Below, piece by piece: positions 63,106 through 64,000 of a DNA stretch of 64,000 nt. The notes below the pieces were generated by a model. It was not told where the DNA came from. It searched no databases and worked only from the letters and a program-made list of their open reading frames with translations. The stretch comes from an uncultured delta proteobacterium (GTDB lineage: Bacteria; Desulfobacterota; Binatia; Bin18), in contig CAVTCR010000081.1 in assembly GCA_963733195.1 (NCBI GenBank), positions 128,001 through 192,000 of the forward strand, in the 5' to 3' direction. The stretch's first letter is position 1; every line of letters starts with the position of its first letter. The position numbers and the translations under genes are program-made.

Positions 63106-63210
63106 GTGATCGTCCCCCTTGAAGGTTCTGCAATGATGTAGCACTTGATGATAGAACCGTCTGTCCCTAGTAGCGTAACGGGATTTGCTACGCGATCCTA
63201 ATGCGGCGAT

Positions 63211-63450
63211 GGTAGTGGTTCAGTGTGGCCGACAACGCTACGAGCCTGTCATTCTGAACGGAGCCCTTCGACAGAGCCTGTCCTCCTGCGCATCCTGAGC
63301 TTGACGAAGGACTCAGGATAAACTCTGCGAAGTGAAGAATCTCTCCCCTCCGCGCTCTAGCCCGAGAGATTCTTCGTCGCGGGACTCCTCAGAATGACGC
63401 GGATTGTGCAAGTTTCTGCTTGACCTGGAAAGGGGAACTGAACCGCTACC
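63211..63450. mobile_element. Putative 240-bp MITE carrying a REP doublet
   Basis: TIRs ggtagtggttcagt / actgaaccgctacc (13/14); flanks gcggcgat / aaggcgat (6/8); internal IR gtcattctga...tcagaatgac at 63248-63398. Confidence 0.55.
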
Positions 63451-63527
63451 AAGGCGATCGGCGACTTTACAATGAGAGGAGATTCTGTTACGGAAATTCC
63501 GACCTTTGTGAAAGAAGTACCCTACTT

Positions 63528-64000
63528 ATGATGCGCACGATCTGGGTGGTGAGTGCGGCCTTCCTGCTTTTCTTCAATCAAGCACAGGCTGATGATCTTA
63601 AAGCGAAGAGCCCTTCTGGGGGATCCCAGACGATTGAGAACGCGCCTCTACCAACCTCCCCGACTTCTTCGTCGACAGAAACCAAGCTCGCTATCAGTCA
63701 AATTCTGATCGGTGGTAACGACCGGGTCGAAGAGGAAGCCATTCGAGTCTATATCAAAAGTATGATTGGCGAGCCGTTAGATGAAGAGCAAGTCGATCGT
63801 GACATCCGGGCGATCTATAATATGGGATTCTTCAGAAATGTTGAGGCTCGGGTCACAGAAGAAAAAGGTCGCACGGTATTAACCTATTGGGTAAGTGAAC
63901 GCCCGCTTCTCCGTGAAGTGCGTATCGAAGGACAGAAGGTGCTATCAAAGGACGACATTGAGAATAAGCTCAAGGTACATCCGCGGACGATTCTCAACCC
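63528..64000 (+). CDS. bamA: Outer-membrane assembly factor BamA, 5' part
   Basis: Signal peptide, then POTRA I.I.GNDRVEEEAI...DIRAIYNMGFFRNV..V.ERP; canonical position after lolD. Confidence 0.85.
   Translation, partial: MMRTIWVVSAAFLLFFNQAQADDLKAKSPSGGSQTIENAPLPTSPTSSSTETKLAISQILIGGNDRVEEEAIRVYIKSMIGEPLDEEQVDRDIRAIYNMGFFRNVEARVTEEKGRTVLTYWVSERPLLREVRIEGQKVLSKDDIENKLKVHPRTILN

Overview
Bacterial chromosome window of moderate GC; the gene style suggests an uncultured Deltaproteobacteria/Binatota-like organism (inference). Clustered single-base indels suggest a long-read assembly. Layout: (1) 1-6.7 kb, nurA-herA-sbcD(mre11)-sbcC(rad50) end-resection operon. (2) 6.7-16.8 kb, defence island: BrnT/BrnA-like TA pair and a type I R-M locus (hsdM-yhcG-hsdS-darT-darG-hsdR). 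(3) 16.9-31 kb, catabolic and transport genes. (4) 31.5-41.1 kb, type II secretion gspE-N; gspC-gspD lie on the minus strand at 54.5-57.7 kb. (5) selB and a selenocysteine (UGA + SECIS) selD. (6) 44.3-50.6 kb, decayed region with a serine hydrolase gene broken by an IS1380 element and flanked by ~240-bp direct repeats. (7) lysS-lolE-lolD-[beta-helix gene, MITE]-bamA. The most striking unexplained structure is a dispersed set of about 18 short tandem arrays of 7-nt (one family 8-nt) units from about 10 families. Purine-rich arrays usually begin at stop codons and complementary pyrimidine-rich arrays precede starts. Identical composite strings recur tens of kb apart, one pair forms a 33-nt inverted repeat around a gene, and the arrays fill the cleavable leaders of four pseudopilins (GspG/H/I/J).
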